Below are positions 26,606 to 39,970 of a stretch of DNA of 64,000 nucleotides, one piece after another; the stretch's first letter is position 1, and every line of letters begins with the position of its first letter. The position numbers and the translations under genes are program-made. This DNA comes from Octopus sinensis (taxonomy: Eukaryota). A model generated the notes under the pieces. That model did no database searches. It worked only from the letters and a program-made list of their open reading frames with translations, and was not told the DNA's origin. The stretch lies in assembly GCF_006345805.1 (NCBI RefSeq), contig NC_043008.1, positions 58,528,001-58,592,000 of the forward strand, read 5' to 3'.

Positions 26606-26960
26606 GTATTGGTACTGGTGCTATAACAGAGACCCCAACCATATCTATTCAACATTTAAATTCCGTTGAAGTAGTCCCCTTCGGAAGTCACACACGTTAT
26701 CCAGCGCCGTTTCCATTGATGGAAACATTCCCGGAACGTCTTTTCTTTTGGATAGTGAGCAGTTGCCTCGTAGCATTTTCTTGGATTTACACGATCTCCT
26801 AAAACCTTGTTCTTTTCAATTGATCTTTGATTTTTGCATCGGTTTCAGCTCAGCCATTAATCATCGAGTCGTCATTTTTTATGACCGTTTTCCAAAAGTT
26901 TTCGTCTTCGAAAATTACAGAGAAACGCCGTTTTCTTTTTGAACACCACTCTCTACGCCA
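26606..26960 (-). mobile_element. Mariner 3'-end remnant
   Basis: Minus strand encodes KTFRECFHQWKRRWITCVTSEGDYF (mariner C-terminus). TIR-like ta-ccaggactgatcaaaaagt at the left end. Confidence 0.75.
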
Positions 26961-26974
26961 TAATTACGGGGTTT

Positions 26975-27535
26975 TCCTCTTCCTCGCCAGTGGTCCCCTG
27001 GGAAATCTCTGTGAAATTGCTTACCAAGATCAGCCACATGTGGAATTCACCAAATTCAGTGGACCCCTGGATGACATGGAATTTGATGAGGTGACACCCA
27101 ATGATCTCAGTAGTGACCAGAGGCTTATTCTAGAGGATGTGTTAGGAATTCCTAGGGGTAATGTCAACCCAAAGTTTGCTACCTGGAAAATTGGAGCATT
27201 ACACCATGCAAGATGGTTGACGTTGGCAATTAGATTGATGTGTTGTTTGTGGACCAGACGTTTACCCCATGCGACTGCATGATAAACTTTACTTAGCCAT
27301 CAAGTTCATTGTGGAAGTGTATACAGTAAAAAAAGGACAGCAAGTTCCACAATTAGCAGCTGTACATCTTCAACATGATAAACAGGATCAAGCAGCAATC
27401 TCAAGAAATGTTGCTTTGAGGAACTTCAAGTATAATGCGCTAGCTTGTTGCTCGAGAATGTGCTGTACTCGATGTTGAAGTCTGATGACTTAGAGATGAG
27501 AGCAGCTGCTTCAAAGAAGATTATCCCCATCAGGT
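26975..27535 (+). pseudogene. hAT-superfamily (hATm-like) transposase fragment
   Basis: LSSDQRLIL...KIGALHHARWLTLAIRLM, LAIKFIVEVY and ENVLYSMLKSDDLEMRAAA match the HxRWL and HPEN.L..M motifs of this group as recalled. Frameshifted. Confidence 0.65.
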
Positions 27536-27624
27536 AAGCATTTGTACATTTTCAAATGTACAACATTCGATTATGGGGATTTATCGAACTCTTATTACAA
27601 TTAAAGTTAAATCTAAAATAAGAA

Positions 27625-27895
27625 GTTAAGTACCAATTGCTCACTGGCGTCGATCTAATCTTCTGGCCCCCTCCACACAAAAGTTTCGGGCCTTCTACCT
27701 AGAGTAGAAAAGCTTATTAAGGCGGCGAGCCAGCAGAATCGTTAACACGCCGGGCGAAATGCTTAAAGGCTTTTCATCCGTTTTAACGTTCAGCTTTCAA
27801 ATTCGCCGAGGTCGATAAAATAAGTACAAGTTAAGCCCTGGGGTCGATGTAATCCAGTGCTTCCCACCCTTTGTGCCTATAGTAGAAAGGATTAT
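27625..27895 (+). mobile_element. SINE family A, degenerate tail plus following copy
   Basis: aaggcggcgagccagcagaatcgttaacacgccgggcgaaatgc head at ~27719. Confidence 0.78.
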
Positions 27896-28084
27896 CATTA
27901 TTGTTATCATTATTATTAGCAGCAGCAACAACTGAAACTCTAGACGTCATTTAGTATTATAAGTTAGGCATTTGCTTGACATTGACATTCATTAGCTTTT
28001 AATACCATCTCGTTGTTCCAATCAATGGTTTAGCTTCGCTTAAATTTTTCCAACTTATTTCATTCTAATTCTGAAACACCGTCA

Positions 28085-28270
28085 ATCGTCACCATCATCG
28101 ACGCCATCATTGTTAACGTTATTAACTACAGCATCACCTTCACCACCACCACTACTACTACCACCACCACCACCACCACCATCATCCTCGTCACCTGCAG
28201 CCCCCACTATTGCCAACCTCATCGCCATCGCCGTCAACTTCATCATCAACACCAACAACGACAACTGCTG
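28085..28270. repeat. Trinucleotide low-complexity tract (CAC/CAT/AAC)
   Basis: Mixed triplet repeats. ORFs are poly-P/T/G/D artefacts. Confidence 0.8.
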
Positions 28271-28314
28271 TAAGTTCGAAGCGACAGAGACAATCTTCTC
28301 TTAATTACTATACT

Positions 28315-28725
28315 CTTTTACTCTTTCACTCTTTTGCTTGTTTCAGTCATTTGACTGCGGCCTTGCTGGAGCACCGCCTTTGGTCGAGCAAATCGACTCC
28401 GGGACTTATTCTTTGTAAGCCCAGTACTTATTCTATCGGTCTCTTTTGCCGAACCGCTAAGTGACGGGACGTAAACACACCAGCAACGGTTGTCAAGCAA
28501 CGCTAGGGGGACAAACACAGACACACAAACATACACACACACATATATATATACATATATACGACAGGCTTCTTTCAGTTTCCGTCTACCAAATCCACTC
28601 ACAAGGCATTGGTCGGCCCGGGGCTATAGCAGAAGGTACTTGCTCAAGATGCCACGCAGTGGGACTGAACTCGGAACCATGTGGCTGTTAAGCAAGCTAC
28701 TTACCACACAGCCACTCCTGCACCT
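28315..28725 (-). mobile_element. SINE family B, full length
   Basis: All modules present. Confidence 0.93.
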
Positions 28726-28730
28726 ATATA

Positions 28731-28812
<82 letters not shown>

Positions 28813-29017
28813 ATATAAATAATTATATATGTATGTATATATATATATAAATATATATATATGTATGTATATATATATATAAATATATATGTATGTATAT
28901 ATGAATATATATATATATGTATGTATTATATATAAATATATATATATATGTATGTATAATAAATATATATATATATATGTATGTATATATATATAAATAT
29001 ATATATATATATGTATG

Positions 29018-29050
<33 letters not shown>

Positions 29051-29330
29051 ATATATATATATATATATGTATGTATATATATATATAAATATATATTATA
29101 TGTATGTATATATATAAAATTATATATATATATTATATTATATGTATGTATATATATATAATAAATATATATAGTGTTATGTATATATTATAAAATAATA
29201 TATATATGTATGTATATACATAAAATATATATATATATATATGTGTTGTATATATATGTATGTATATATATGTATATAAATATATATATATATATATATA
29301 TGTATATAAATATAATATATATATGTTACT
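28726..29330. repeat. Long degenerate (TA)n/(TATG)n microsatellite
   Basis: Direct reading. Confidence 0.95.
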
Positions 29331-29334
29331 TACT

Positions 29335-30359
29335 TTGATAGGTTTCGGCCATTATTGGCCCAGGCCATGTCTAACTTAATAGCACCACCTGGTGAAGTCT
29401 TTCAAGTCAGAATTTGGGCACTATGGCCCACTCAAGTAGAGAGTTATTGTTTACAGAGACATATCCGGTTGTAGGGGGTTTATCCGGGATTTCTTGAAGG
29501 AATCTGTCCAAAGACTTCTTGAACCCTATAGGGTCAGTTTCTGTTTTAATGTGTTTTGGTGTAATGTTAAAGAGAGCGGGGCCAATTGAGGTGAAATAAT
29601 TGTGCCGTATTGTTTTATGAGATGAGAGTGCGATTTGTTTTTTGGGCGGATGGCACGGGGCCCAAGCCTTGGATGTACCTTAAAGGTGATGCCAACATCA
29701 TTTGGGCAATGCTGATGGAATATTTTCCACATCATGCAGATGATGTAGCGCTCACGACGACGTTGGAGAGAATAGAGTGTTAGCTTTTCTAGCCGACCCC
29801 AATAGTCGAGGCCTGTCATGCCATCTATCTTTTTTGTGATTGCCCTTTGAGGTGCTTCAACTTTTATGATACCTTGTATTGTGTGGGGAGACCACAGTGG
29901 ACAACAGTATTCAAGGTGGGGTCGGGCAAAAGTGGAGAAGAGAAGGATAATGGTGTGGATATCTCTCGACTGGAAAGTTCTGAAACCAGGAACACATTCT
30001 GCGGGCCATGTCAACTTTGGTGTTTATATGAGTGGCCCAGCTTACGTTGTTGTCCACAATTACTCCCAAGTCTCTGATATTGTTGGACGCCGCGAGAGTT
30101 TCACCTGAAGGAAGGGAGTATGGGAGTTTCAGGGCATCCTCTTTTCCAAAGTGGTTTAGCTCAAATTTATCCTCGTTCAGCAGCATATTGTTTTTTTCTG
30201 CCCATTGGATAACAGCCAGTAGATCTGACTGAAGGCATGTCCGGTCACTCGCCTCATTTATGACCTTCTGTAGCTTGGAGTCATCTGCAAATATTTTTAT
30301 GTTGCTGTGCTTGATGATGTCATTAATGTCATTAATGTAAATGATGAAAAGAAGTGGGC

Positions 30360-30362
<3 letters not shown>
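29335..30362 (-). pseudogene. 5'-truncated CR1-group LINE (RT C-terminal half plus 3' UTR)
   Basis: [12 protein letters not shown]...IFADDSKLQK, FARPHLEYCCPLWSP, LYSLQRRRERYII and HPRLGPRAIRP. The 3' UTR carries the CATGGCC-hairpin-GAAAC motif. Confidence 0.95.
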
Positions 30363-30417
<55 letters not shown>

Positions 30418-30641
30418 ATACATATATGTATGTATATATTGTTCGTTTGTTTTCCACCTGCCTTCGTCTTTTGTTTATTTTCATAAAGCTTCCGTTATAT
30501 ATATATTATGTATGTATATACATATATGTATGTTATATATATATATGTATGTATATATATATATGTAATATATATATATATATGTAATATATATATGTAT
30601 GTATATATATATATATGTATGTATATATATATATATGTATG

Positions 30642-30675
<34 letters not shown>

Positions 30676-30679
30676 TATA

Positions 30680-30960
30680 CAGAGGACCACAGCTCTTTAA
30701 CATCCTCCCTAAATGCCTGGAGACTTACATGGTGTGGATGTGGGTTTCTTTAAAACTAAACTGGATCTCTTCTTGTTGGGAGTCCCAGATGAACCTACCT
30801 CACGACAGGAGACAGACGGATGCGGGGCAGCAGCATCGAACTCCCTTGTTGATCAAGTGCCACGTATCAGAGGTGGATTCACAACTAGTGTAGCTCATTC
30901 AGCGGTGGTGCCCAGCATGGCCGCGGCCTTCGGGCTAAAACATTTTTAAGGATTTAAGGA
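30680..30960 (+). mobile_element. CR1-group LINE 3' end
   Basis: [10 protein letters not shown]...[17 protein letters not shown], a 3' UTR motif at 30904-30941 and a (TTAAGGA)2 tail. Confidence 0.92.
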
Positions 30961-30982
30961 TATATATATATGTATATATATA

Positions 30983-33975
30983 AACCCAACCCACAGGTGG
31001 GACTACCCACTATATACCAGACCACCACAGAAACAGACACAGATGGACACCGCCGGCAACAACGTACACACTCACTCGATACTCCTACTGAACATCAGAG
31101 GACTGCAAACACTCAGTAACAGGACAAGATCCCGTTCCTGAGAGACTTTGTTGCATGCAATCAAGCCTTATGCATAGCACTTACAGAAACGCACCTGAAA
31201 CCCGCAGATGCGGATGCGGAGTTACACATACCACAGTATGCTGTACTACGGACCGACAGGAAGAAAGGAGTCATGGAGGTGTTGCTATGTACATCCGTGA
31301 GGACCTCACACCCCAGTCCTCTTGTCATACTCAAACTCGGTGTGTGACACACTAATTGTACATATCAGGCAACTTGATGTAGTTGTGTGTGCTACATATC
31401 GCCCTCCAGATGCCCCAAGCCATGTGGGCAAGTTTGAAGACTGCCTTATAAAAATAGAAGAATTCTAACCACATTAGAACAACATATAGGTGTGCTTCTT
31501 ATGGGAGACTTCAATCTGCCCAATGTCAGATGGCCCGAGGGCCTTTCTCTCCCAGGAATGACAAGATGTGAACGAGGACAGGCGAGGTCCCTCCTGAACC
31601 TCATCAACACCCTGTACATGGAGCAGGTAATACTCCAACAACCAGGGCAGGTAACACACTGGATCTCTGCTTCACAAATGACATGGATCTCATCCATATG
31701 TGAAGTGACACACGACACTACTCTCGGATCACAACATGATAGAGCTGACCATGTACGGGCCAAAAGAGAGCACGGACTGCAGCCTACAAAACCCTCAAAA
31801 TCTTTCCAGCTTGAACTACCATAAGGCAAACTGGAAACAAATTGAGAAAGAGATCCTCAAACAAAACTGTCCTAAATGTCTCTCCTCGCCAGACATCGAC
31901 GTGAACTTCACTTAAACAAACAGATTGAAAGCAGTGAAAAGTCCCGCCTAAAAATAAAACTGTTGGAAATCGAAAAATGTCTGCAACTCTCCATGAAAAG
32001 AAAGAGCAGACAAAGAAGCCTGGGCTATAGAAAACATAAAATCTAACCCCAGAGCTTTCTACAGGTATGCCAAAGAAACAGCTACAGTGCACTGTAGAAT
32101 AGGGCCACTCCTCGAAAAGGATGGCACACTTACAGGAAAACCAATGAGGGTAGTGAAATACTGAATGAGCAATTCAAGAGTGTTTTCACTCCACCCCTTG
32201 GGCATCTCCAAATCACCAATCCAACTAACTTTTTTACCAGTGCAGATATAAAATCAGAGGCGGCGACGATAGATTACATCGATATAAAGGAAGACGATGT
32301 AACCAAGGCTAGAGATGAAATAAAACAGACTCAGCTACTGGCCCGATGGATTCCCGCAATCCTCCTAAAAGCATTAAGAGAGTCCTAGCAAGACCACTGC
32401 AGTTCCTCTTTCAGAGCTTCCTTGCAGCTGGCAAACTTCCAGGAAAACTGAAGGAAGCTAAAATATGCCCCATTCATAAAGGAGGTAGCATAGCGGAAGC
32501 CAAGAACTATAGACCTATCTCTCTGACCTCACACATCAGCAAGGTCATGGAACGAATAGTCAGAAGGAAGCTGATCACCTTCCTTGAAGAGAATGACTTG
32601 CTGCCCGACACCCAACATGGTTTCCGACAGGGAGAAGCTGTTTAAACTCAGCTCCTACAACACTATGACTGGGTGCTGAAACGGCTGCTCAACCACTCAA
32701 ATGTGGAAGTGATATATCTCGACTTTGCAAAGGCCTTTGATAAGTCGATCATGGAATGATATGTCACAACTGCGTGATCTCAACATAGTTGGAAAACTGG
32801 GAGAATGGCTTCATGACTTTCTGAAGGATAGAAGTCATGGTGGTAGTAGCCAATGGGGCCACCTCCATTAACACACAAATAGTGAGCGGTGTTCCGCAGG
32901 GCACTGTTCTGGGACCACTACTGTTCATAATGGCCCTCTCAGACATGCCCTCAGCCACGCAGAGAGCCACGATCACAAGTTATGCAGATGATACAAAAGT
33001 TTCACAGGCAATACAGAACCCGAGGACACTAAACACCTGCATGTGAGCTGGACGAAATATACAAGTGGGCTGAAAAGAATAGCATGCAGTTCAATGCTGG
33101 AAAGTTTCAAGCTTTATACTATCAGCATGCAAAACTGAATGCAATACCCAATGAATACCCTGGACCCGGAGGGTTGCAATCCCAGAGGCACAATCAGTGC
33201 GTGACCTGGGTATTCACATGAGTGATGACGCGACCTTTCATGTACATGTTGCTAAACTGACATGAAATGTAGACGGCTGGCTGGATGGATTCTTAGAACC
33301 TTTAGAACAAGAGAACAAGAAACCATGATGGTCCTCTGGAAGACACTTGTCCTAGCCACTTTGACTATTGCTCTCAGCTATGGTCACCATCCAGTGTCAA
33401 GTTGATCACAGAACTTGAGGCGATCCAACGAAGCTACACAAAGAAGATAGCCTCTATGCAGAATGTAAGCTACTGGGAAAGACTCAAGAGATTAAAATTA
33501 TATTCCCTGGAGCGTAGGCGGGAAAGATATGCCATAATATACATCTGGAAGATCCTGGAGGGAAGTGTCCTGAACTTTGGCATCGAGATTTACGCAAATG
33601 CCAGAACTGGGCGCCACTGCGTGGTGCCTAGGACTCCAAACCTGCCATCAAGATGTAGGACAAGATTCTGTGATAGCCTGGGCTTCCGAGGCCCACAGCT
33701 CTTCAATATCCTCCCGAAGAACCTGAGAGACCTGCATGGGGTGGATACAGATGTCTTTAAAATGAAGCTGGATCTCTTCCTGTCAGGTGTCCCAGATGAA
33801 CCAACTTCAGGGCAGGAGGGGCAGATGAGGGCAGCTGCATCGAACTCTCTCATGCACCAAATAGCAGTTGCTAGAAAGCCTCCATGAAGTGAAACCCAGT
33901 AGCAACACCATATGGCGGTGCCCCAGCATGGCCAAAGCTCATAAGCTGAAACTAGAATCAATCAATCAATCAATC
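30983..33975 (+). pseudogene. Near-complete CR1-group LINE ORF2 (APE plus RT) with 3' UTR and (ATCA)n tail
   Basis: ILLLNIRGL, GGVAMYIRE and LLMGDFNLP (APE). NYRPISLTSHISKVMERIV, QHGFRQG, DFAKAFDK, GVPQGTVLGPLLF and YADDTK (RT). LYSLERRRERY. Multiple frameshifts. Confidence 0.96.
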
Positions 33976-34464
33976 ATATATATATGTATAATGTATATAT
34001 ATAATATAATTATATTATATATATTGTATATATATATATATATGTATGTATATATATATGTATGTATGTATATATAATGTATGTATGTATATATATATAT
34101 GTATGTATGTATATATGTATGTATGTATAATATATGTATGTATGTATATATAATGTATGTATGTATATATGTATGTATGTATATATAATGTATGTATGTA
34201 ATATATATATGTATGTATGTATGTATCTATTATGTATTATATATATGTATGTATGTATATATTATATGTATGTATATATATATGTATATTAATATATATA
34301 TGTATAATTATATGTATGTATGTATATATATATATATGTATGTATAATATATATGCATGATATATATATATTAAATAATATATATATATAGTAATATATA
34401 TATATAATATATTATTATATATATATATGTATGTATATATATATATGTATGTATATATATATTA

Positions 34465-34502
<38 letters not shown>

Positions 34503-34690
34503 TATATATTGTACGTATATATATATATCTATATATAATATATATATAATATATATATTATGTACGTATATTATATTATATATATATATATAATATATAT
34601 TATATATATATATATATATTATATATAATGTACGTATATCTATATAGATATAATATATTATATATATATATATATGTATATATGTATATC
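33976..34690. repeat. Long degenerate (TATG)n/(TA)n microsatellite
   Basis: Direct reading. Confidence 0.95.
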
Positions 34691-34696
34691 TACATT

Positions 34697-35064
34697 CTTT
34701 TATTTTTCATTCTTTTATTTGTTTCAGTCATTTGACTGCGCCCATGCTGGAACACCGCCTTTAGTCGAAATATTCGACCACAGAACTTATTCTTTGTAAG
34801 CCTAGTACTTATTTTATCGTTCACTCTATTAACTACAGCATAGGGCCGTCAACACATCAACATAGGTTGTCAATTGAGGATAACGGTGGGAGGGACAAGC
34901 ACAGACACAAAAACACACACACATATATATATGTATATACGAAAGGCTTCTTCAATCACAAGCTCGAGGCTGTAGTAAAGGACACTTGCCCAAGGTGCCA
35001 TGCAGTGGGACTGAACCCGGAATCATGTGTTTGGTAAGCAAGCTGTTACCACACAGCCACTCTT

Positions 35065-35068
<4 letters not shown>
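34697..35068 (-). mobile_element. SINE family B
   Basis: Tail reverse complement at ~34720-34760 and head at ~35000-35068. Confidence 0.9.
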
Positions 35069-35153
<85 letters not shown>

Positions 35154-35161
35154 TTTATATA

Positions 35162-35201
<40 letters not shown>

Positions 35202-35584
35202 TATATATATATATATATATATATTATATATGTGGTGTGTGTGTGTGTGTGGTGGTGTGTGTGGTGGTGTGTTTATCTATCTGTATTGGTGGTTGTTATT
35301 GGTTGTTATGATGTTTCGATACTACTGGTAAAGATTTTAGTCATTTTTAAATTGATATTCATTAGTGAATATGAAAAATATGCGATTACTTATATGATTA
35401 ATTTATATGTAATAAACAATTCCAATAAATATCGTCAATAAACAATTTTGACATCGTAAACATATTTTAAAGCATTTCATGATATATTTGAATTTGATAT
35501 TTGTACTTAAAAGACAGAAAATGTTCATTGGAACACTGAATTAGTTTCACAATTCATTCGTTATGATCTTTTTGCTTTAAAATC

Positions 35585-35735
35585 ATTTTACTTATTTCAG
35601 TCATTAGGCTGCGGCCATACTGGAGGACTAGCTTCAAGAATACTTTGTCTTCTTTTTAGCCGAGCGAATCAATTCCAGTACTTATCGTATCGCTAGGTTA
35701 CGAGGACGTAAACACAGCAATACTGGTTGTCAAGC
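35585..35735 (-). mobile_element. SINE family B, degenerate 3' part
   Basis: tttcagtcattaggctgcggccatactggag...ggttgtcaagcg. Confidence 0.7.
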
Positions 35736-35899
35736 GGGGTTGAAAAGCACATGCATATGAACATACATACATACATACATACATACATACATACAAACAT
35801 ACATACATACATACATACATACTACAATATATATATATATGTATTAATAATATAAGGGTAAATAATTATTAATTTCAAAATCAACAATTATTTCCGGGT

Positions 35900-36365
35900 A
35901 GATTTAGGTATGGAAATATAACTATTACCGGTAGGAACCATTTAAAAAAGTTATATGTATATATGTTTGCCCTTTATATATATATATATATATATATAAG
36001 CAAATTTTCTCAAAACAAATTGGTCGTCGTTCCATAGGCCTCCCCTTTGAGAAACACTGATTTAACCTAAATTTGAGACACCAAACAGGCCGGTTTTTTT
36101 GGCGCAAACAGCACGTGCATTTTTCTCGTGTACGCGTAGTATCGATCGCAACAGCTGATGTACTTGCGCATACAAATACACGTTCCCACGGCTTTATCGA
36201 TCGCATTCTCACCTGGAATCGAATTTTGTAATTTTTTCAAGACTTATACACCCTGATACCGTCGGTATCTACATATTAAATTTGAGTGTAATCGGATGGA
36301 GGATGTCCGAGATCCTAGAAGACACACAGACAGACAGACAGAACGGATTATATATGATATATATA
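35900..36365 (+). mobile_element. Possible non-autonomous Helentron-associated (DINE/HINE-like) element
   Basis: Stem-loop GATACC-gtc-GGTATC at 36255-36269, followed by aaatttg..aatcgg, an (ACAG)n microsatellite and a tatatatgatat end. This layout is typical of such elements. Confidence 0.4.
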
Positions 36366-37509
36366 TATATATATAAACATATATATATATACAGATATAA
36401 ACAAACACATATGCATATAAACATACATGTTTATATACACAGACGCATATATATATATATATAATAGATATAAATATATATTATATATATATATATATAT
36501 ACTACTATCCAAAATCACTCTAAAGATCAACGCAGTTGTTTTACTGACAAGTAATATTCATAGACATTTTAACTTGGCTATCAGTTCGAGCGGACTTTAC
36601 CTCAATTTTATAACCCCAAGAATCCTTGCAGTAGGATCGAACCTGGGAGCATGTGGTTGCGAAACAAGCTTCTTACTACACAGCCACATACTACTTCTTA
36701 AACACATTGCCAAAAAGAAAGAGTGTTGCTAACATAGATCCATGAGAGAAGTGAATATTTTAAATTCTTGTCTTTTGTTTAACGTTTCTGCTTCTCAACG
36801 TGTATAGTCCATACATGTATTATGTAACTGATCATGTGATTAACACGTTCGTGGATATGAAAAGCCGTTCGAAAGGATACGGGCCAAACGTTGAAGGATC
36901 AGATGCTTGTATCTTGGGACTGAGTGACGTTACATTTGATCTGTGGCCAAGACACTTGGTTATATTACTATTCTGTAGAATTAAGGCTACTAAGCATCGC
37001 ACTATAGTGAAGTTTAAACTCGTTAAGATATGGCAACGTCGAAAATATGAAGTCAAGATTGAAAAGAAATATATTTGAAGAGGTAAGATTCTTTCACGTC
37101 TATTCTCTTTCACGTATATTTTTTGTTTAATACATCTGTTTGATTTCCCTTTCGTTTATATTTAGAAAGGGCGAAGAAAGGATTTAATTGGCAAGGTGAA
37201 TAAGTCACAACCTAATGTTCAAGTATGCCCTCAAACTTTACTAATAACCAAGAAGGATTCCTTAGTGTTGTATATAAGATAATAAAACAGGGAAAAATTG
37301 ATGATGATTGGTGTTGAAAATAATGCTATACTTGTAAGAAGAGACATAAATGAGATAATTAGCCTTTCACACGATAAAGAAATGGGATTGACAACGTGAA
37401 GAATACATACACACACACACACATATTATATGGTATTACGTATATTTGGAGAGCTTGTTTCAAGATGATGAGAGGAAACTAAAAGAAGGACACTGAAAGT
37501 TAAAGTATG

Positions 37510-37550
<41 letters not shown>

Positions 37551-38318
37551 AGAGAGAAAGAGAGAGACAGACAGACAGAGTAACTATAACGTTTCCGGAA
37601 ACGAAGTAAATGGATGAAACGAATAATCAATAAAACCAACAGCTTGATATTCAGAGAATCTACATAAAACTATACTATACAGAGCGCAAATGTTATCTGA
37701 TTTAGTAGTCAACAAGCTGTGTAGAGTCGATCTATATATCTGTCTGTCTGAGTGTTTGTTCCTTTCTCTCTCTCCATCGCTATCTCCCAACAAATATATA
37801 TATATATATAGAAAGCAAAACAAATTGGATATTTATTTATGTCGTCTTACTCGCGTTTCATTAACAATAAAAAATATCTATTATAAAAGGTGAAACTTAC
37901 AAGCTACTCGCATTCTCAAATATTCTCAAGTATTCATACTGAACTGCTAATAATTATATAACATCAACTATTACAGTTAGGTGTGTTAAATTACTTCAAA
38001 GAATTAACTTTTATAATTTCTAGAGAGAGAAACATTAACTTACCGTAATTGATAAAGAACAGTGTGCTTATGTTGCCCTTGTATCTCATGAGAGAGACTA
38101 TGTGTAGATAAACCTATCAGGTTTCGGAGATCCCAGCGTAAAACATCTATGGTGTATCATTCTTGTAGGTTGTTACGCTGCAGATTAGCTCCTACCCTCG
38201 CAGGTGCTGGTTAGTAAACGTATGCACACACGAATCTATACCACAAATATCCTTCAACATACCCAAATAGGTATAGCTACATAGCCTTGAACGTTCACGT
38301 GTGCACTAGTATATAAAG

Positions 38319-38325
<7 letters not shown>

Positions 38326-38375
<50 letters not shown>

Positions 38376-38429
38376 GGCTATCTATCTATCTATCTATCTA
38401 TCTGGCTATCTATCTATCTATCTATCTGG

Positions 38430-38461
<32 letters not shown>

Positions 38462-38462
38462 A
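38326..38462. repeat. (TATC)n microsatellite with periodic TGGC interruptions
   Basis: Direct reading. Confidence 0.95.
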
Positions 38463-38774
38463 TGTATGTATATAACACTACATCTGCAAAATACGTAAAA
38501 AAAAAAACGAAAATAAACCTTTTATACATTTACTTTAATACGTCTTCGGTTATCTGTCGGGGGTTACTTCAAGTTGATTAAAAACAGCACGAGTCTGTTT
38601 TCTGTGGGTTCTTAACAATAATCAACAACACTACAATGATAGATATCTTGATGTATTACACCCAGATCTCTCCACCTTTCGACGAAAGAATAAAGAGTAA
38701 AAACTACAAAAACGAATCAAGAAGCATAAAAATATAAACAATGCAGAATTGTTGGAGCGACACACAGAATGCTT

Positions 38775-38945
38775 CGCAGCGTGCCATCTGCCTGGTACCT
38801 TCGGTAAGTGTCTTCTACTATAAACTCGGCAGACAAAATCAGTGGATTTGGCAGAAGAGAACTGAAAGAATTTCGTCGTGTGTTTTTGTATCTGTGTTTG
38901 CCCCACACTGCCGCTTCACAACCGGTGTTGGTGTGTTTAAGTCTC
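38775..38945 (+). mobile_element. SINE family B, old degenerate central part
   Basis: accttcggtaagtgtcttctactata...gtggatttgg. Confidence 0.7.
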
Positions 38946-38962
38946 TGCAATATATATCCGTA

Positions 38963-38997
<35 letters not shown>

Positions 38998-39443
38998 TAT
39001 CTGAAATTTTCAGCCGTTGTAAGCATATGGCTAAGTTCCTTTTGACGAAGCGACGAAGTGGAAAATAAAACCCTCTCCGTATTAAGTAGCTGCACCGCAG
39101 ACTTAAGGCAACTATCTTTTTAGCCTTATAGTTAACGGTCAAACAGGAAATAAATCAGCCTCACTACATCTTGCCGTCTTTATGCTTTCTGTTTCCTTTT
39201 CCAGGTTTTAACGTTCCACCTTCGATATCTACATCTTTGTCGCCTTTTCTCCCATTTTTCTCACATCCTATCGTCCTATTATTAGTTTGTTATGCTATGT
39301 GGGCAGTACCTGAAGAATGCACTGAGACGCCAGACGTGTTAGAAAATAGTTCTTGGCATGCTTTCATCGCATGAAACTAACAGTAGCACATAAAAACATA
39401 TTGTATTCGTTAAATAACAATTAACTCTCACCAGATAGAGTAC

Positions 39444-39482
<39 letters not shown>

Positions 39483-39485
<3 letters not shown>

Positions 39486-39878
39486 CATAGGTGTGGCTGT
39501 GTGGTAAGTAGCTTGCTTACGTACCACATGGTTCCGGGTTCAGTCCCACTGCGTGGCACCTTCGGCAAGTATCTTCTACTATAGCATCGGGCCGACCAAA
39601 GCCTTGTGAGTGGATTTGGTAGAAGGAAACTGAAAGAAGCCCGTCGTATATATGTTTATATGTATGTATGTGTGTGTATATGTTTGTGTCTGTGTTTGTC
39701 CCCCGAACATCCCTTGACAGCCGATGCTGGTGTATTTACGTCCCCGTAACTTAGCGGTTCGGCCAAAGACCGATAGAATAAGTACTAGGCTTACAAAGAA
39801 TAAGTTCTGGGACCGATTTACTCGACTAAAAGGCGGTGCTCCAGCATGGCCACAGTCAAATGAAAGAGTAAAGAGAGT
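39483..39878 (+). mobile_element. SINE family B, full length
   Basis: All modules present. Tail ccagcatggccacagtcaaatga. Confidence 0.93.
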
Positions 39879-39911
39879 ATATACAAACACACGCACACAA
39901 GCACACAGACG

Positions 39912-39970
<59 letters not shown>

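Noticed and set aside
36980-37090. Possible first coding exon MKSRLKRNIFEE with donor gag|gtaaga
   Set aside because: A single plausible donor with no identifiable downstream exon. Insufficient support.
38110-38215. Hammerhead-like 3' half on the minus strand (CUCC-GAAAC-CU-gau-AGGU-U)
   Set aside because: No CUGANGA at the required position.
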